A stretch of DNA of 64,000 nt from Eledone cirrhosa (taxonomy: Eukaryota): positions 158,038,001 to 158,102,000 of the forward strand of contig OZ024743.1 in the NCBI GenBank assembly GCA_964016885.1. The letters run 5' to 3'. This document shows, one piece after another, positions 15,006-27,808 of this stretch. Positions within the stretch are counted from its first letter, which is position 1; each line of letters opens with the position of its first letter. Below the pieces are notes generated by a model that was not told where the DNA came from, made no database searches, and saw nothing but the letters and a program-made list of their open reading frames with translations. The translations under genes and the position numbers were made by a program.

Positions 15006-15083
15006 CATGGAACTCTTTTAACCATCTTTTGATCTTATATATTATATATATATATATGTACATATATAAGTACATATATATGT

Positions 15084-15124
<41 letters not shown>

Positions 15125-15202
15125 TATATATATATATATATATATGTACATATATATATATGTACATATATATATATGTACATATATATATGTACATATA
15201 TA

Positions 15203-15390
15203 TAACAAAGGAATTGTGGTAAGGAACCAGATGGACCATAACGCACCAGAGTACTCACTACTTAGGGTAGTAGAGTGGGAATAGGAAAAAGTATGACCCC
15301 GATGGCAGAGCTCAAGCCGTTTCGACGGCTATTTCTGTCCAGAAATAGCCGTCGAAACGGCTTGAGCTCTGCCGTCGGGGTCATACTTTT

Positions 15391-15395
<5 letters not shown>
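15203..15395 (-). mobile_element. Short fold-back element centred on a hammerhead helix II (PLE-derived)
   Basis: Inverted repeat 15281-15395. Each arm carries GAAACGGC-loop-GCCGUC (helix III plus GUC), but no CUGANGA. A second copy is at 42688-42892. Confidence 0.75.
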
Positions 15396-15436
<41 letters not shown>

Positions 15437-15676
15437 TATATATATATATATATATACAGTACTTACGTATCGAGAGAGAGAAAAAAAAAGGGGAAGATAG
15501 GTGATACATATAGTTATTTGCCAAGTAGCGTATGCCAAAGGTGCTCGATACTAGTGCCGGCAGTATTAAATATTCAAAGTGTTAATATTTAGTGGGCTAG
15601 AAAATTAGCAGAGCGTAAGCACGTGGGAAAGTAAGAAATCGGAGAATAGACCGTTAAAACATGTTTATTTAAAACA

Positions 15677-15716
15677 GCACCTACATACGTTTCGCCCAGT
15701 TGAGCTTCTCAAGGGC
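15677..15716 (-). ncRNA. Degenerate or variant hammerhead motif in a PLE-like tail (about 15458-15752)
   Basis: GCCC-UUGAGAA-GCUC AACU GGGC-GAAAC GUAU GUA-GGUGC. The 5' core deviates from CUGANGA. Confidence 0.35.
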
Positions 15717-15757
15717 ATAAATAATCAAAAGTGTTCCTTACATTGCCCGGAAATATA

Positions 15758-15809
<52 letters not shown>

Positions 15810-15832
15810 TATATATATATATATATATGTAC

Positions 15833-15918
<86 letters not shown>

Positions 15919-15921
<3 letters not shown>

Positions 15922-18900
15922 CTTTTCTGGGTGGGAAACGACAATGGGCTGGGTGGAGTAGGAATCATGGTAGCAGAAAAGTGGGCAGATAAGATAATAG
16001 ACGTAAATAGAGTGAACGACAGAATAATTAAAATAAGACTTGTCCTCAATAGAACTACGGTGACAGTAATATCCGCGTACGCACCCCAATCCGGACTGCC
16101 CAGCACTATAAAAGACAGATTCTATGAGACACTGATGCTCACTACCTCCCAAATAACCGACAGTGACTATATAATTATTGCAGGCGACCTAAACGGTCAC
16201 GTTGGACAACATTGTGACGGCTACGACGAAATCCATGGAGGCTATGGGTTTGGTACTAGAAATGAGGAAGGCTCCAGAATCCTGGAATTCTGCGACGCAA
16301 ATAACCTAACTATCTGCAACACTAACTTCAAAAAACGAGACAATCACTTGATCACCTACAGATCAGGGGAACATACTAGCCAGGGAGATTATATCCTTAC
16401 CAGAAGACGTGACAAAGTGACTGTCGTATACACTAAATCCCTCCCCCATGAATAATGCACTTCCCAACATAGACTGATAATTAGCGACCTAATAGTCAGG
16501 ACGAGACGTACTAGACAACAGAAGAGGACTATCCTCAGGAGAAAAATATTGAAGCTAAAGGACCCCACAGCCAAAAATAAATTCCAAAGCATATTACTTG
16601 ATGCTTTCGACAGTGAGGAAGAGCAATTAGAGACGTACAAGGTAGAGGAACAGTGGGAATTCCTGAAAGCAAACCTGCTGACGGCGGCAGACGAAGTCTG
16701 TGGCTGGAGCAGGCCTGTAGGCAGGAGGAGAGTAACATGGTGGTGGAACAGTAAGGTGGAGGGGTCAATTAAGGCCAAAAAGCAGGCTTGGAAAGTATGG
16801 AAAGTATGGCGGGATGGGGGAAGCAGAGAAGACTATCAAGTGGCCAGGAGGGAAGCTAGGAGACAAGTGTACTTCGCAAGAAGGGAAGCAGAGGAAAGAA
16901 AGTTCAAGCATGTTCTACAACGTGAGGACCAAAAACGTGAGGTGTTCAGGATTGCTAGGCAATGTGTCAAGGAAAACAGTGATATTGTCGGGGAGAAGTG
17001 TGTACTTAACGATGACGGCATACTTGCCATCACCGACGCCGATAAGAAGGTAGCTTGGAAGTGTCACTATGAAAGGCTACTAAATGAGGAGAATAAATGG
17101 GAGAAAGACAGTCTCCCCCACATCGACCCAATAGAGGGACCAGCAGTGTTAGTCGAGGGTAGTATAATAAGTAAGGCAATCAAAGATATGAAGACAGGCA
17201 AGGCGGCTGGGCCTTCGGAAATAGTTGCCGAGATGCTGAAGGCATCTGGTACGGTGGGACACACCATGGTCACCCGGATAGTCAACCAAGTCATACAGAA
17301 TGGGGTTGTTCCGAAGGACTGGCACAGCAGCATTATCGTTAACTGTTATAAGGGTAAAGGAGATGCCCTAGATAGGAGTAACTATAGAGGCATTAAATTA
17401 ATCGACCAGGTCATGAAGGTCACGGAAAAAGTTATAGCGCAACTAATCAGAGAGCGAATTGATCTAGATGAAATGCAGTTCGGGTTTGTGTCAGGAAAAA
17501 GTACCACAGACGCTCTTTTCATTGTACGACAACTACAGGAGAAGTACCTAGCTAAAAGTAAACCCCTATACTTAGCTTTCGTCGACTTGGAGAAGGCCTT
17601 CGACAGAGTCCCCCGTTCCATTATCTGGTGGGCTCTTAGAAAACTAGGTGTTGATGAATGGCTTGTGAGAGCTATACAAGCCATGTATAAAGAAACAGTC
17701 AGCAAGGTTAGAATTAACAACGAATATAGTGAAGAGTTTAGTGTAAAAGTTGGTGTTCATCAGGGCTCTGTTCTTAGCCCCCTACTATTTATTATTGCCC
17801 TCCAGGCTATAACAGTGGAGTTCAAGACCGGCTGCCCATGGGAACTCCTATACGCAGATGATCTAACGCTCATAGCTGAATCAATGGCCGAGCTAGAGAA
17901 GAAATTCCAAACATGGAAGCACAGCCTAGAATCAAAAGGCCTTAAAATTAACCTGGCTAAGACTAAAGTTCTAGTTTGTAAGAAAGAAAATAAGGCGGCG
18001 GTCCCCTCCGGGAAGTGGCCATGCGCAGAGTGTAGGAAAGGCGTAGGTAGAAATTCCATTTTGTGTCCCAAATGCAAAGTTTGGGTGCATAAAAGATGTA
18101 GTGGGATCACAGGTAAGCTAACTAAGAACATAGATTTTATATGTGGCCGGTGTTCTGGGGAAATAAGTAGCAGCAAGTGCCCGCAAAATACTAGCTCTTT
18201 CAACTGCGCAGAGGGTTCTATAGAAATAGTGGACAGCTTCCGTTACCTGGGTGACAAAATCAGCAGTGGGGGAGGGTGCTCTGAAAGTACAGTAGCTAGA
18301 GTCAGAACTGGGTGGAAAAAGTTCAGAGAGCTTATACCACTATTAGCCGCTAAAGGGTTCTCCCTAAAAATGAAAGGCAGGCTGTACGATGCCTGCATAC
18401 GAACAGCAATGTTGCATGGCAGTGAGACCTGGGCATTGTGTGCAGAGGATATACGCAGACTAGAGAGAAATGAAGCTTGCATGCTCCGCTGGATGTGTAA
18501 TAGTAATATACGTGAACGACAAAGCATAAACGAACTAAGGAAAAAATTAGAAATAAGAGGGATCAGATGTTGTTTACTAGAGAGAAGGCTACGTTGGTAT
18601 GGTCACGTGATGCGCATGAAGGACGATAGCTGTATAACAAAGTGCAGGGCAATAAAGATAGACGGTAGCCACGGAATAGGCAGACCCAGAAAAACCTGGG
18701 ACGAGCTGATAAACTCCGACCTCACACACTTACACCTCACCAAGACAATGTCACTGGACCGAGACCTTTGGCGGTACTCAGTAATAGAGAAGACCCGCCT
18801 TACCTAAATATAAAGTAAAACCTACTACAGTCAGTAGGCAGCTCTAACAAAATACACCCCCGTCCCACCACCCCCACCTATCCACACCGCCCCCTTCTAT

Positions 18901-19203
18901 GTAAAGTTATGTTGGTGCCACACCATCCAGGCCGAAACAAATGAGATCGTGTAGGTGTCACGACAAAAAAACACACAGTCCACGCTGTAATGTGGCCGTG
19001 TAGGCAACACGGTAAAAACCTCCCAGACCCACACTGTAAATGTGGTTGGTGTTAGGAAGGGCATCCAACTGTAGAAAACCTGCCAGACAGTCCTATGTGA
19101 GCAAGACAATCACTCTTGCCTCAAGTGGGAATACCCCCCCGTCCAAACCCATGCAAGCGTGGAACACGGACGTTAAACGTTGATGATGATGATGATGATG
19201 ATG
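15919..19203 (+). mobile_element. Near-intact, 5'-truncated RTE-clade LINE (APE + RT + PHD finger), (GAT)n tail
   Basis: ORFs 15931-16455 and 16549-18807 are in the same frame and separated by one TAA (16453-16455; GAA in the 9040 copy). Motifs AGDLNGH, QGSVLSP, YADD, FRYLG. Both ends lie in (TA)n. Confidence 0.95.
15931..18807 (+). pseudogene. RTE ORF2 with a single nonsense codon
   Basis: APE endonuclease C-terminal part, RT domain, C4HC3 finger at 18022-18153 and thumb/C-terminal region. Confidence 0.92.
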
Positions 19204-19285
19204 TACATATATATATATATATGTACACATATATATATATATGTACATATATATATATATATATATGTACATATATATATATATA

Positions 19286-19321
<36 letters not shown>

Positions 19322-19423
19322 TATATATATATATGTACACATATATATATATATATGTACATATATATATATATGTACATATATATATATATATATATAT
19401 GTACATATATATATATATATATA

Positions 19424-19482
<59 letters not shown>

Positions 19483-19484
19483 AC

Positions 19485-19535
<51 letters not shown>

Positions 19536-19608
19536 TATATAAATGAAAGGTATAGAAAATATTGTAGCAAAAAGCCAACAGTATTCCATAATATATATAT
19601 ATATATAT

Positions 19609-19915
19609 ATCATCATCATCATCAACGTTTAACGTCCGTGTTCCACGCTTGCATGGGTTTGGACGGGGGTAGTCCCACTTGAGGCAAGAGTGATTGTCTT
19701 GCTCGCATAGGACTGTCTGGCAGGTTTTCTACAGTTGGATGCCCTTCCTAACACCAACCACATTTACAGTGTGGGTCTGGGAGGTTTTTACCGTGTTGCC
19801 TACACGGCCACATTACAGCGTGGACTGTGTGTTTTTTTGTCGTGACACCTACACGATCTCATTTGTTTCGGCCTCGATGGCGCGGCACCAACATAACTTT
19901 ACATAGAACGGGGTG
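19609..19915 (-). mobile_element. RTE 3' end, inverted relative to 18895-19203
   Basis: Near-identical reverse complement of the preceding element's 3'UTR. Confidence 0.9.
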
Positions 19916-20115
19916 TATATATATATATATAAGAATTAAAATACTAGAATGTGTTGGAGTTAAACACCCTCTTCATATTATAGAAATGACAGTATAAGAT
20001 ATAGCTCAATGTAATTAAACAGAGCCGAAGAATTTTTATAATATATATATATATATATATATGTGTGTGTACATATATATATATATGTGTACTGTACATA
20101 TATATATATATATAT

Positions 20116-20768
20116 CATCATCATCATCATCATCGTTTAACGTCCATGTTCCACGCTTGCATGGGTTTGGACGGGAGTTTTCCCACTTGAGGCAAGAGTG
20201 GTTGTCTTGCTCACATAGGACTGTCTGGCGGGTTTTCTACAGCTGGATGCCCTTCCTAACACCAACCACATTTACAGTGTGGGAGTGGGAGGTTTACCGT
20301 GTTGCCTCCATCGCCACATTACAGCGTGGACTGTGTGTTTTTTTGTCGTGACACCTACACGATCTCATTTGTTTCGGCCTGGATGTTGTGGCACCAACAT
20401 AACTTTACATTGAAAGGGGCAGTGTGGATGGGGTGGGGGTGGTGGGACGGGGTGTATTTTGTTAGAGCTGCCTACTGTGTGTAGTAGGTTTTACTTTGTA
20501 TTTAGGTAAGGCGGGTCTTCTCTATTATTGAGTGCCGCCAAAGATCTCGGTCCAGTGACATTGTCTTGGAGAGGTGTAAGTGTGTGGGGTTGGAGTTTAT
20601 CAGGTCGTCCCAGGTTTTTCTGGGTCTGCCTACTCCGTGTCTACCGTCTATCTTTATTGCCCTGCACTTTTTTATACAGCTGTCGTCTTTCATGCGCATC
20701 ACGTGACCATACCAACATAGCCTTCTCTCGAGTAAACAACATCTGATTCCTCTTATTTCTAATTTTTC
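20116..20768 (-). mobile_element. RTE 3' fragment, same subfamily as 15919-19203
   Basis: ORF 20502-20702 ends in IEKTRLT, as in the long copy. Confidence 0.9.
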
Positions 20769-20832
<64 letters not shown>

Positions 20833-20849
20833 ACATATATATATATATA

Positions 20850-21455
20850 TGGTGGCTGCCAACTCGTTTTCGAGTACGGCCACTACTTTATATCCATGTA
20901 GGAGAACCCCTACCGATGCGCTGAACGAGTGTGACATTCTAGTCCAGCCAGCGACTTGAAAACTCTGGTACAAACACTACACTTGTGACAATTATGACAA
21001 ATAGTGCTGGGCCCATGGTACCATGTGACGACAAGTGCAGAGAGATCTCCAGATATAAAGCAATGCCTGTGCCGTGAAGCTTTTATAGTGAGCAAAGGCA
21101 CTGCACAAAGCCAGTCCCACTCTCTTAACCAAGATGATATTTACCAAAAAGAACAAGTCAACATCATTGGATACCATCAGAGTTGCAGGTGTTATATCAG
21201 AGTTTTCCTTCTCCTAGAATTCTGCCTTGACAAAGGCTAAGGGGTCATCTCTCCCGGTGATTTTGGATGGCCATTGACTCTAAAGAGCTCCTTTGCCCTT
21301 TGACAGGTTTTGTTTTTAGTCCTGCAGGATGTCCAAAGTCACCCTCCTCACCAAGAAACCTTGGTGGGGTTGCCAGTTTAGTCGCCAACGTCCCGACCAT
21401 GAGACAGGTTGTACTGGGATACATGTTACCAGTAGCACCAACTGGTGACCTGACA
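20850..21455 (-). mobile_element. Bipartite non-autonomous RTE derivative (5'UTR joined to C2H2-finger 3' end)
   Basis: RTE-type 5'UTR (ctaggagaaggaaaactctga), then HKCSVCTRVFKSLAGLECHTRSAH* and a 3' stem-loop ctcgaaaacgag. Flanked by (TA)n. Confidence 0.65.
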
Positions 21456-21595
21456 CATATATATATATATATATATATATATGTGTACATATATATATAT
21501 ATATGTGTGTACATATATATATATGTACATATATATATATATATGTGTACATATATATATATATATATATGTGTGTACATATATATATATATATA

Positions 21596-21661
<66 letters not shown>

Positions 21662-21799
21662 TATATATATATATGTACATATATATATATATGTGTGTGT
21701 ACATATATATATATGTACATATATATATATATATATACACATATATATATATATGTACATATATATATATATGTACATATATATATATATATATACATA

Positions 21800-22250
21800 T
21801 AAAACTGGAAATATTCCAAGCAACCATTAAGCCCATATTACTTTATGGATCCGAAACTTGGACACTAACATCACAACTTGAGAGGAGATTGGATGGCACA
21901 TATACCCGCCTCTTAATGAGAGTGCAAAACCTATCCTGGAAACGATATCCCACCTTGTCTAAAGTCTATGGCAAACTCCCTCGAGCCTCTGCCCTTCTAA
22001 AATCCCGGAGAGCTCAATTTGCTGGCCACTGTCACCGTGCCAGCAATGAAATCATATCCGCTCTCTTGCTCTGGAACTCTGACTCCAGCCTGACTAGGAG
22101 TAGGAAGCTGTCATTCACTGACGTTATCTCTAGGGATACGGGAATCAGTAGACAGGACCTGGGGGTGGCGATGGGGGACAGGGAATTCTGGGGCATGAGA
22201 GTGAGATCCATCATCTCGACAGTAGTCGACGAATGATGATGATGATGATA
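21800..22250 (+). mobile_element. 3' end of a second RTE-superclade family
   Basis: [12 protein letters not shown]...[13 protein letters not shown]...FAGHCHR; (GAT)n tail. Confidence 0.85.
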
Positions 22251-22280
22251 TATATGTACATATATATATATATATTCATA

Positions 22281-22583
22281 CATCATCATTCATCATTTCA
22301 TTTTACGTCCGCTTTTCCCTGCTTGCAAGGGTGGGACGGAAACTGATTCTGGCTTGATTTCTACAGTTGGTTGCCCTTCCTAACACCAACCTCATTTACA
22401 GTGAGTGCTGGGTGCTTTTTTGCCGTGGCACCTCCACGACCACTTTGCAGTGGAATGATAGAGACCTCAGTCCCTATCATCTCATTTCTACAGTTGAGTA
22501 AACTGGAGCAATGTGAAATAAAGTGTCTTGCTCAAGGAAACAACACATCACCCGGTCTGAGAATTGAACTCACAACCTTTCGA
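22281..22583 (-). mobile_element. CORE-type SINE with RTE tail, 5'-truncated
   Basis: Near-identical to 14247-14555. Confidence 0.85.
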
Positions 22584-22659
22584 TACATATATATATATAT
22601 ATGTACATATATATATATATATGTACATATATATATATATATATATATACATATATATA

Positions 22660-22705
<46 letters not shown>

Positions 22706-23279
22706 TATTTATATATATAAATGTACATATATATATATAAATATTCAAAATATCAGTTATAACAAGTAAGTTGTCTAGTAGAATCAGGGATTTTAAATCG
22801 AGGACAAGATACATTTAAGACAGTTCATCAGCGAGCCAGTGGCTGTATAACAAATAGTGATCAATAAAATGTGGCTTTATAACAAATAGTGATCAATAAA
22901 ATAAGTGTCAAACTACATAAACAGAAATGCAATGGAACTTTTTGATAATACAAAGTAGAGAACACTATTCAGAAATAAACAAAAGTAAATGCAACAGTTT
23001 TTTGTGTGTTCTTCTGCAATGTAATTCTTTCAGATCTGCCAAACTATTATAACTCCTACTAAATAGATTAGAATGGGTAGTATAAAATAAAATATAATAA
23101 TATAATGCTTACAGAACAAAAGCACAAACAAATATAATATATGCAAAGGAAAGGGAAAGGAAGAAAAAAAAAGAAAGAGAAAAAAACCACATTAGCATTT
23201 AGGACCACATACAACAAAATGCAGGCAAAAACGGGTGGACAACCTAGCTTCTACCAGAGCAAAAGATAACACTCCGAGG

Positions 23280-24390
23280 AGCACTGGGAAACCTCTCTAA
23301 TAATTTTTTGGCAAGCCAGCACACTCACAGCATTACCCTGGGTAATGGCGAGACTGATGCGCTGGAACAACCAAGTGCCCCCACAGGCATCACCAGTTAC
23401 CTCTGTTAGGTGAGTTGCCAGTGAAGATAAGAATCTCGCTGTCAGCCCAACACCACAGGCTGAAAAATGTAGTTAGCGAATAGATCACAGTATTTTAGGA
23501 TTTGTTCCTTTCAGCAGCAGATGCTGTAGCTCTCACCCTTACCGCTGCATCTAGGATGTGGGAAGAAGTAAAAGAGACAATAACTGTGACGCCCCAGATA
23601 AGGCACCTGCCTCTTGACCAGGAGCACAGGCTAAGACCATCAGGTCTTTTCCCATCAATTCTGGACAACCCAGATGGTTCAAAAATTGAATGGATGTTTG
23701 CCCAGGCCAAAGCTCTCCTGCAGATCAGGTTTAGCTCCATGTGACGTGCAAAGCAACCAGCATTCAGGCAGCAAGAATGACCACAGAGGCCTGTGAAGTT
23801 GAGGAGTTTGCCACACTGATACATCAGACTCATACAGACATCAGCTCCCACTCTGAAGGCAATGGAGACATGAAGCTCGCCCAAGCTGAGAAGGCCACCA
23901 ACGTTAGCCATGGGTAGAGCATCAACCCAGTCACCTGAGTATTTGGCGCTGGCAGACAGTAAGTGACACCTTGAAACTAATCTGACTGGTAGAAGAGAGA
24001 GTCAAATGTGACCCTCGAATGTATGCTGCTCCAAGCTCTCTGACTCCATCTGTCCTCCACCTCATCAGGAGCAGACAAGCCCAGCTCACTCCATCATAGA
24101 AGAGCTTCATCCAACTCCCTGTTGGAAATAGCCCATGTTGGAGAGGAGAGGATGTTGCTCGCCAGGGTGGAGGAAAGGAAGCAAGGAAGAGAGAGGGACG
24201 AACATTTATGAAAGCCAAGACCCCCAAATCGTTTGGGGAACGTAGCCTGATCACAGATTCTAGAGAGAGTCTGTCATTGACCAAGCACTTGAGTCTCTAG
24301 AAGATTGGGCTGTCGAAGCGTTGGAGGCATGGCGAAAATCTTTGAGATGGTCTGACCCTAATTGAAATAAGATAAGAAAGCGATGCCCTA
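23280..24390 (-). mobile_element. Degenerate CRE-clade (RLE-type) non-LTR retrotransposon, 3' part
   Basis: EPSGLSRIDGKRPDGLSLCSWSRGRCLIWGVTV, the PD..D restriction-like endonuclease motif, preceded by a Cys/His knuckle. Confidence 0.75.
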
Positions 24391-25280
24391 GCATGGTCGC
24401 AGTCAAATGACTGAAACTAGGGTAAGAAAAAGAATAGGTGTTTAATGTACCTACAAATATTCAATGCAGAGTAAACAGAGAGGATATTTGTGAAAGTGTG
24501 AGAAGCAAAACACAACCCGTGCCCTGCAGTCATCACGTACGTGTGATGAGATCTTCAAATTCTAGTAATATGCTTTGTGACAGTACACTACGGTCATATA
24601 TGCACAAAGGAAAGCGAGGGGTATTTAATCGTGTGTGTGACATGATTGTATTATATTCGTGTTTTGGTTTAACAAATAGTCAAAGGTTATATTATATTAA
24701 ACAATAACGTCTCAAAACAACAGAAACACTGCGAGGATATAAGAAAAGAAACTCAATGTAACTATATAATGTAACATTCAAATCTATGTAACAAAACGAA
24801 TAAACTTATTTGCATTGAAATACATACACATAAACCAGCAAGATAATTAACATCAATCCAACGACGGAACATCATGCATTCACTCATGCTGTTAAAATAC
24901 TACGCTAGATAATGAATGTACTACTCTATACATTACATTTAAAAGAAAAATGAAAATTTATGGTTGGAACACCTTTGATCATAGCTCTGCTGAATCGGCC
25001 CGACCAGGGACCAAACAACAACATAAAAACTACATGCTTCTAAATACTTATATTAGCACAACGAGGAACATCAACTTGGCTAACCAAGAATAATAAATCC
25101 AAACACGTTTAAGTGAGTTATGTGTGTGCTGCATACCCCGGTCCATCCCACATAGGTAACTGACACAGGCAAGATGTAAAATGTAGCTCTCATTACAAAC
25201 TATCATGAAGTATTTTAGTAATCACAGCTAAATGATTTGTGTTAGTTCCGGGTACATACAGATATATGTAGTGTACATAA

Positions 25281-25402
25281 TTGTTTCTACTTTAGGCACA
25301 AGGCCAGCAATTATCCAGTGGATTACTGGTACTTTATTTTATCGACCCCGTAAGGATGAAAGGCAAAGTCAACCTTGGCGGGATTTGAACTCAGATCGTA
25401 AA
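25281..25402 (-). mobile_element. Nin-core SINE fragment
   Basis: ctggtactttattttatcgaccccgtaaggatgaaaggcaaagtcaacc. Confidence 0.75.
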
Positions 25403-26325
25403 GGGATGTTTACAAGTAATAGAACGGAATAGAAGAATTAGGACTTGAGGCGAATGGATCCGAACAAAATCATAGTCCCATGACAATTAAACTACCTGCC
25501 TCGTCTGCTCTGCCCTGCGTATACCTACTATAAATTATGGCACAACAATCTAATAAACAAGTTTAACAACTTTTGTATTTATATAATTTATTATTCGTTC
25601 GTTCCGTCTTCGAGTGATAAAAAACATGATTTATCTTTTTTTATTTTTTGTCAACTGAAAAAATTCACAAAGCGAGAATCATCAGCTTCAGACGAATAAA
25701 TTATACATCTTATTGTTGGTTAGCCGCAAGTCAGTCCTGATTGGGCAAACCTAGGGTTAAAGACATTCCAGTCATGACGATCCCGTGTTGTTGCTCAGAA
25801 ATAGTGTATTCAGAACAATATCATTTCAACGCATCCATCCTTTATAATTTGAAGAGCAATTTGGCTGCTGTTTCTAACAAGTCGAACGACCAGTTAGAGA
25901 CATTCACACTGGCTCCTGTACGCAATATTAATCACGCTAAGTCGTTACTGCATACTTTGACATGAATTATACAATATAAGCATGTGCTTAGGGTAACAAG
26001 GGAAAAGCGCATCGCAGTTTGTTTGTTTTTTCAAAGTACCGGGTCTACCATGGTGTAAATAGTAAGTGACAGTTTTGGGGAGTTTTTTGCATTTTTATAA
26101 ATGATAATAAAACAATGTTGGAATGTTTTCATTTTCTTCGTATTGCTCTAATCTACAAGTGTTGAATAAATAAAACTTAACCCTCACCCAAAACGAGTTA
26201 TCTTTAATATAGTTGTGGAGTCTGGCCTCGAAAAGAAACTGAAGTTACAATCTGTTATTTCACATTCAGTATTCATGTCTTATCAGTTATATACTGGAGA
26301 TGTGGATTGAGCACTATTATTACCA

Positions 26326-26450
26326 TTCTGAGTTCAAATCCCGCCGAGGTTAACTTTGCCTTTCATCCTTTACGGGGTCGATAAAATAAAGTACCAGTAA
26401 TGCACTGGGTAATTTGCTGACCTTGTGCCAAAAAGTAGAAACAATTATTG
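26326..26450 (+). mobile_element. Nin-core SINE fragment
   Basis: gagttcaaatcccgccgaggttaactttgcctttcatcctttacggggtcgataaaataaagtacc. Confidence 0.8.
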
Positions 26451-27183
26451 TGTTATACTTGGGGCAACATTTGGCCTTAACTCGACCTTGCAGGCAGTAC
26501 TGAATAAATTAATAAAATAAATCCCATATTGACAGCAAACAGTGACGAACAATTAAACAGAGCAACGTAAGACCGACAGACAACCCCAGGAGCGTCTTGT
26601 AACACGAGTGCCAAAATAATGACAGGAACGATATAAAATCGATTTATAGAAGTTCAAGCGGAACATCAACTGCATTGATCTCACCTGTTCAGAAAGGCTT
26701 TCAAGGGCCATGTACATTAATTTAAACATATTTTTGTGGTTATAAATAAATGATCTCATAATCTTATATAGGAGCGTGTGTTCTGAGCAATCTGTTACAC
26801 TAATTATACGATCTATATGCTAATTATATTACGTGCAAAGATCATTAAAAGTATCAATCAATTGACGCTTGTATGGTATATTTATAGTTGTAAGCTGTAA
26901 TGACCTAGTGACACATTCGTATATAAATACAAACACACCAACAGAAACCGACATGTCTATAGGCAATCAAAACAGATAAAACCTAATTCAATCAATATTT
27001 GATGTCCTCTTGTACAAACACAGCTATTAAATATCCGTAGTCATTATAAATCTTTTTCTAAATTTTGTCTTGCCAACATTGAATTGTTCCAGTCAATTCG
27101 AATGAATAGTTTGCTCAGTTATCCTTTTGGGTTTTGTGTGATGGAGATTTGTTATTGCTACACTTTGGAAGAGTCATGCTGCC

Positions 27184-27445
27184 AATAAAACACCGGCACC
27201 ATTGGACTTCTCTTTGTTTTTATTACTAATTCCTCGGTTAATTTAGTCACCGAATAGTTGCTTAATGATCAAAGCTCATGTGTGACGCATTCTCTGATTA
27301 AAATAATCATTGATGTCACAGAATGCGTGACGAATGAGCTTTGAGCATTAAATAACAATACGGTCACAAATTAATCAAGGTATGGATTATTTACCTGAGT
27401 AATAACACAGAGGTAAAAAATCAACTGGTATGTGGGCTTTTATTA
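27184..27445. mobile_element. Old palindromic MITE-like fold-back
   Basis: Clear inverted arms at 27232-27297 and 27316-27380 (aaagctcat..tgacgcattct / agaatgcgtga..atgagcttt), with weaker symmetry further out. Confidence 0.6.
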
Positions 27446-27469
27446 ATAAAATTTTTTAAATCGTAAACA

Positions 27470-27600
27470 ATTCTATTTCAAATAACAACAACACTACAGA
27501 TATTGTTGTCTTTCTGTTTCTTCTACAACAATTACAAGGTACGCGATGGGCCCACCCACAGCCGCGGCGGACAGAATGGAGAAGGCGTTTCCCCGGAGGG
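27470..27600 (-). mobile_element. CRE-family 3' terminus
   Basis: Reverse complement of 37590-37730. Confidence 0.75.
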
Positions 27601-27761
27601 CTTTTATTTGCAGCATGGAATGCCCAAAGAATAACAATAACTGTTTCAACACATGATTTCACATCAATAATCTGGCAAAACAAATACAAACACGAATATT
27701 TGTTATTGTTTATCTTGATAGAAAGACTATAAGTGCTCAATACAGCTTTGTGTTAGAAATG

Positions 27762-27808
<47 letters not shown>

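Larger units (their letters stand above)
14706..15045. repeat. 340-bp near-perfect palindrome (Penelope-type pLTR fold-back) carrying two hammerheads
   Basis: 170-bp arms with no spacer (centre aacat|atgtt at 14875/14876) and about 4 mismatches. The left arm continues to about 14620. Confidence 0.92.

Noticed and set aside
19093-21836. Long YI/IY-rich ORFs, and similar ones at 14077, 15709 and 30051
   Set aside because: Translations of stop-free (TA)n/TGTACA microsatellites, not proteins.
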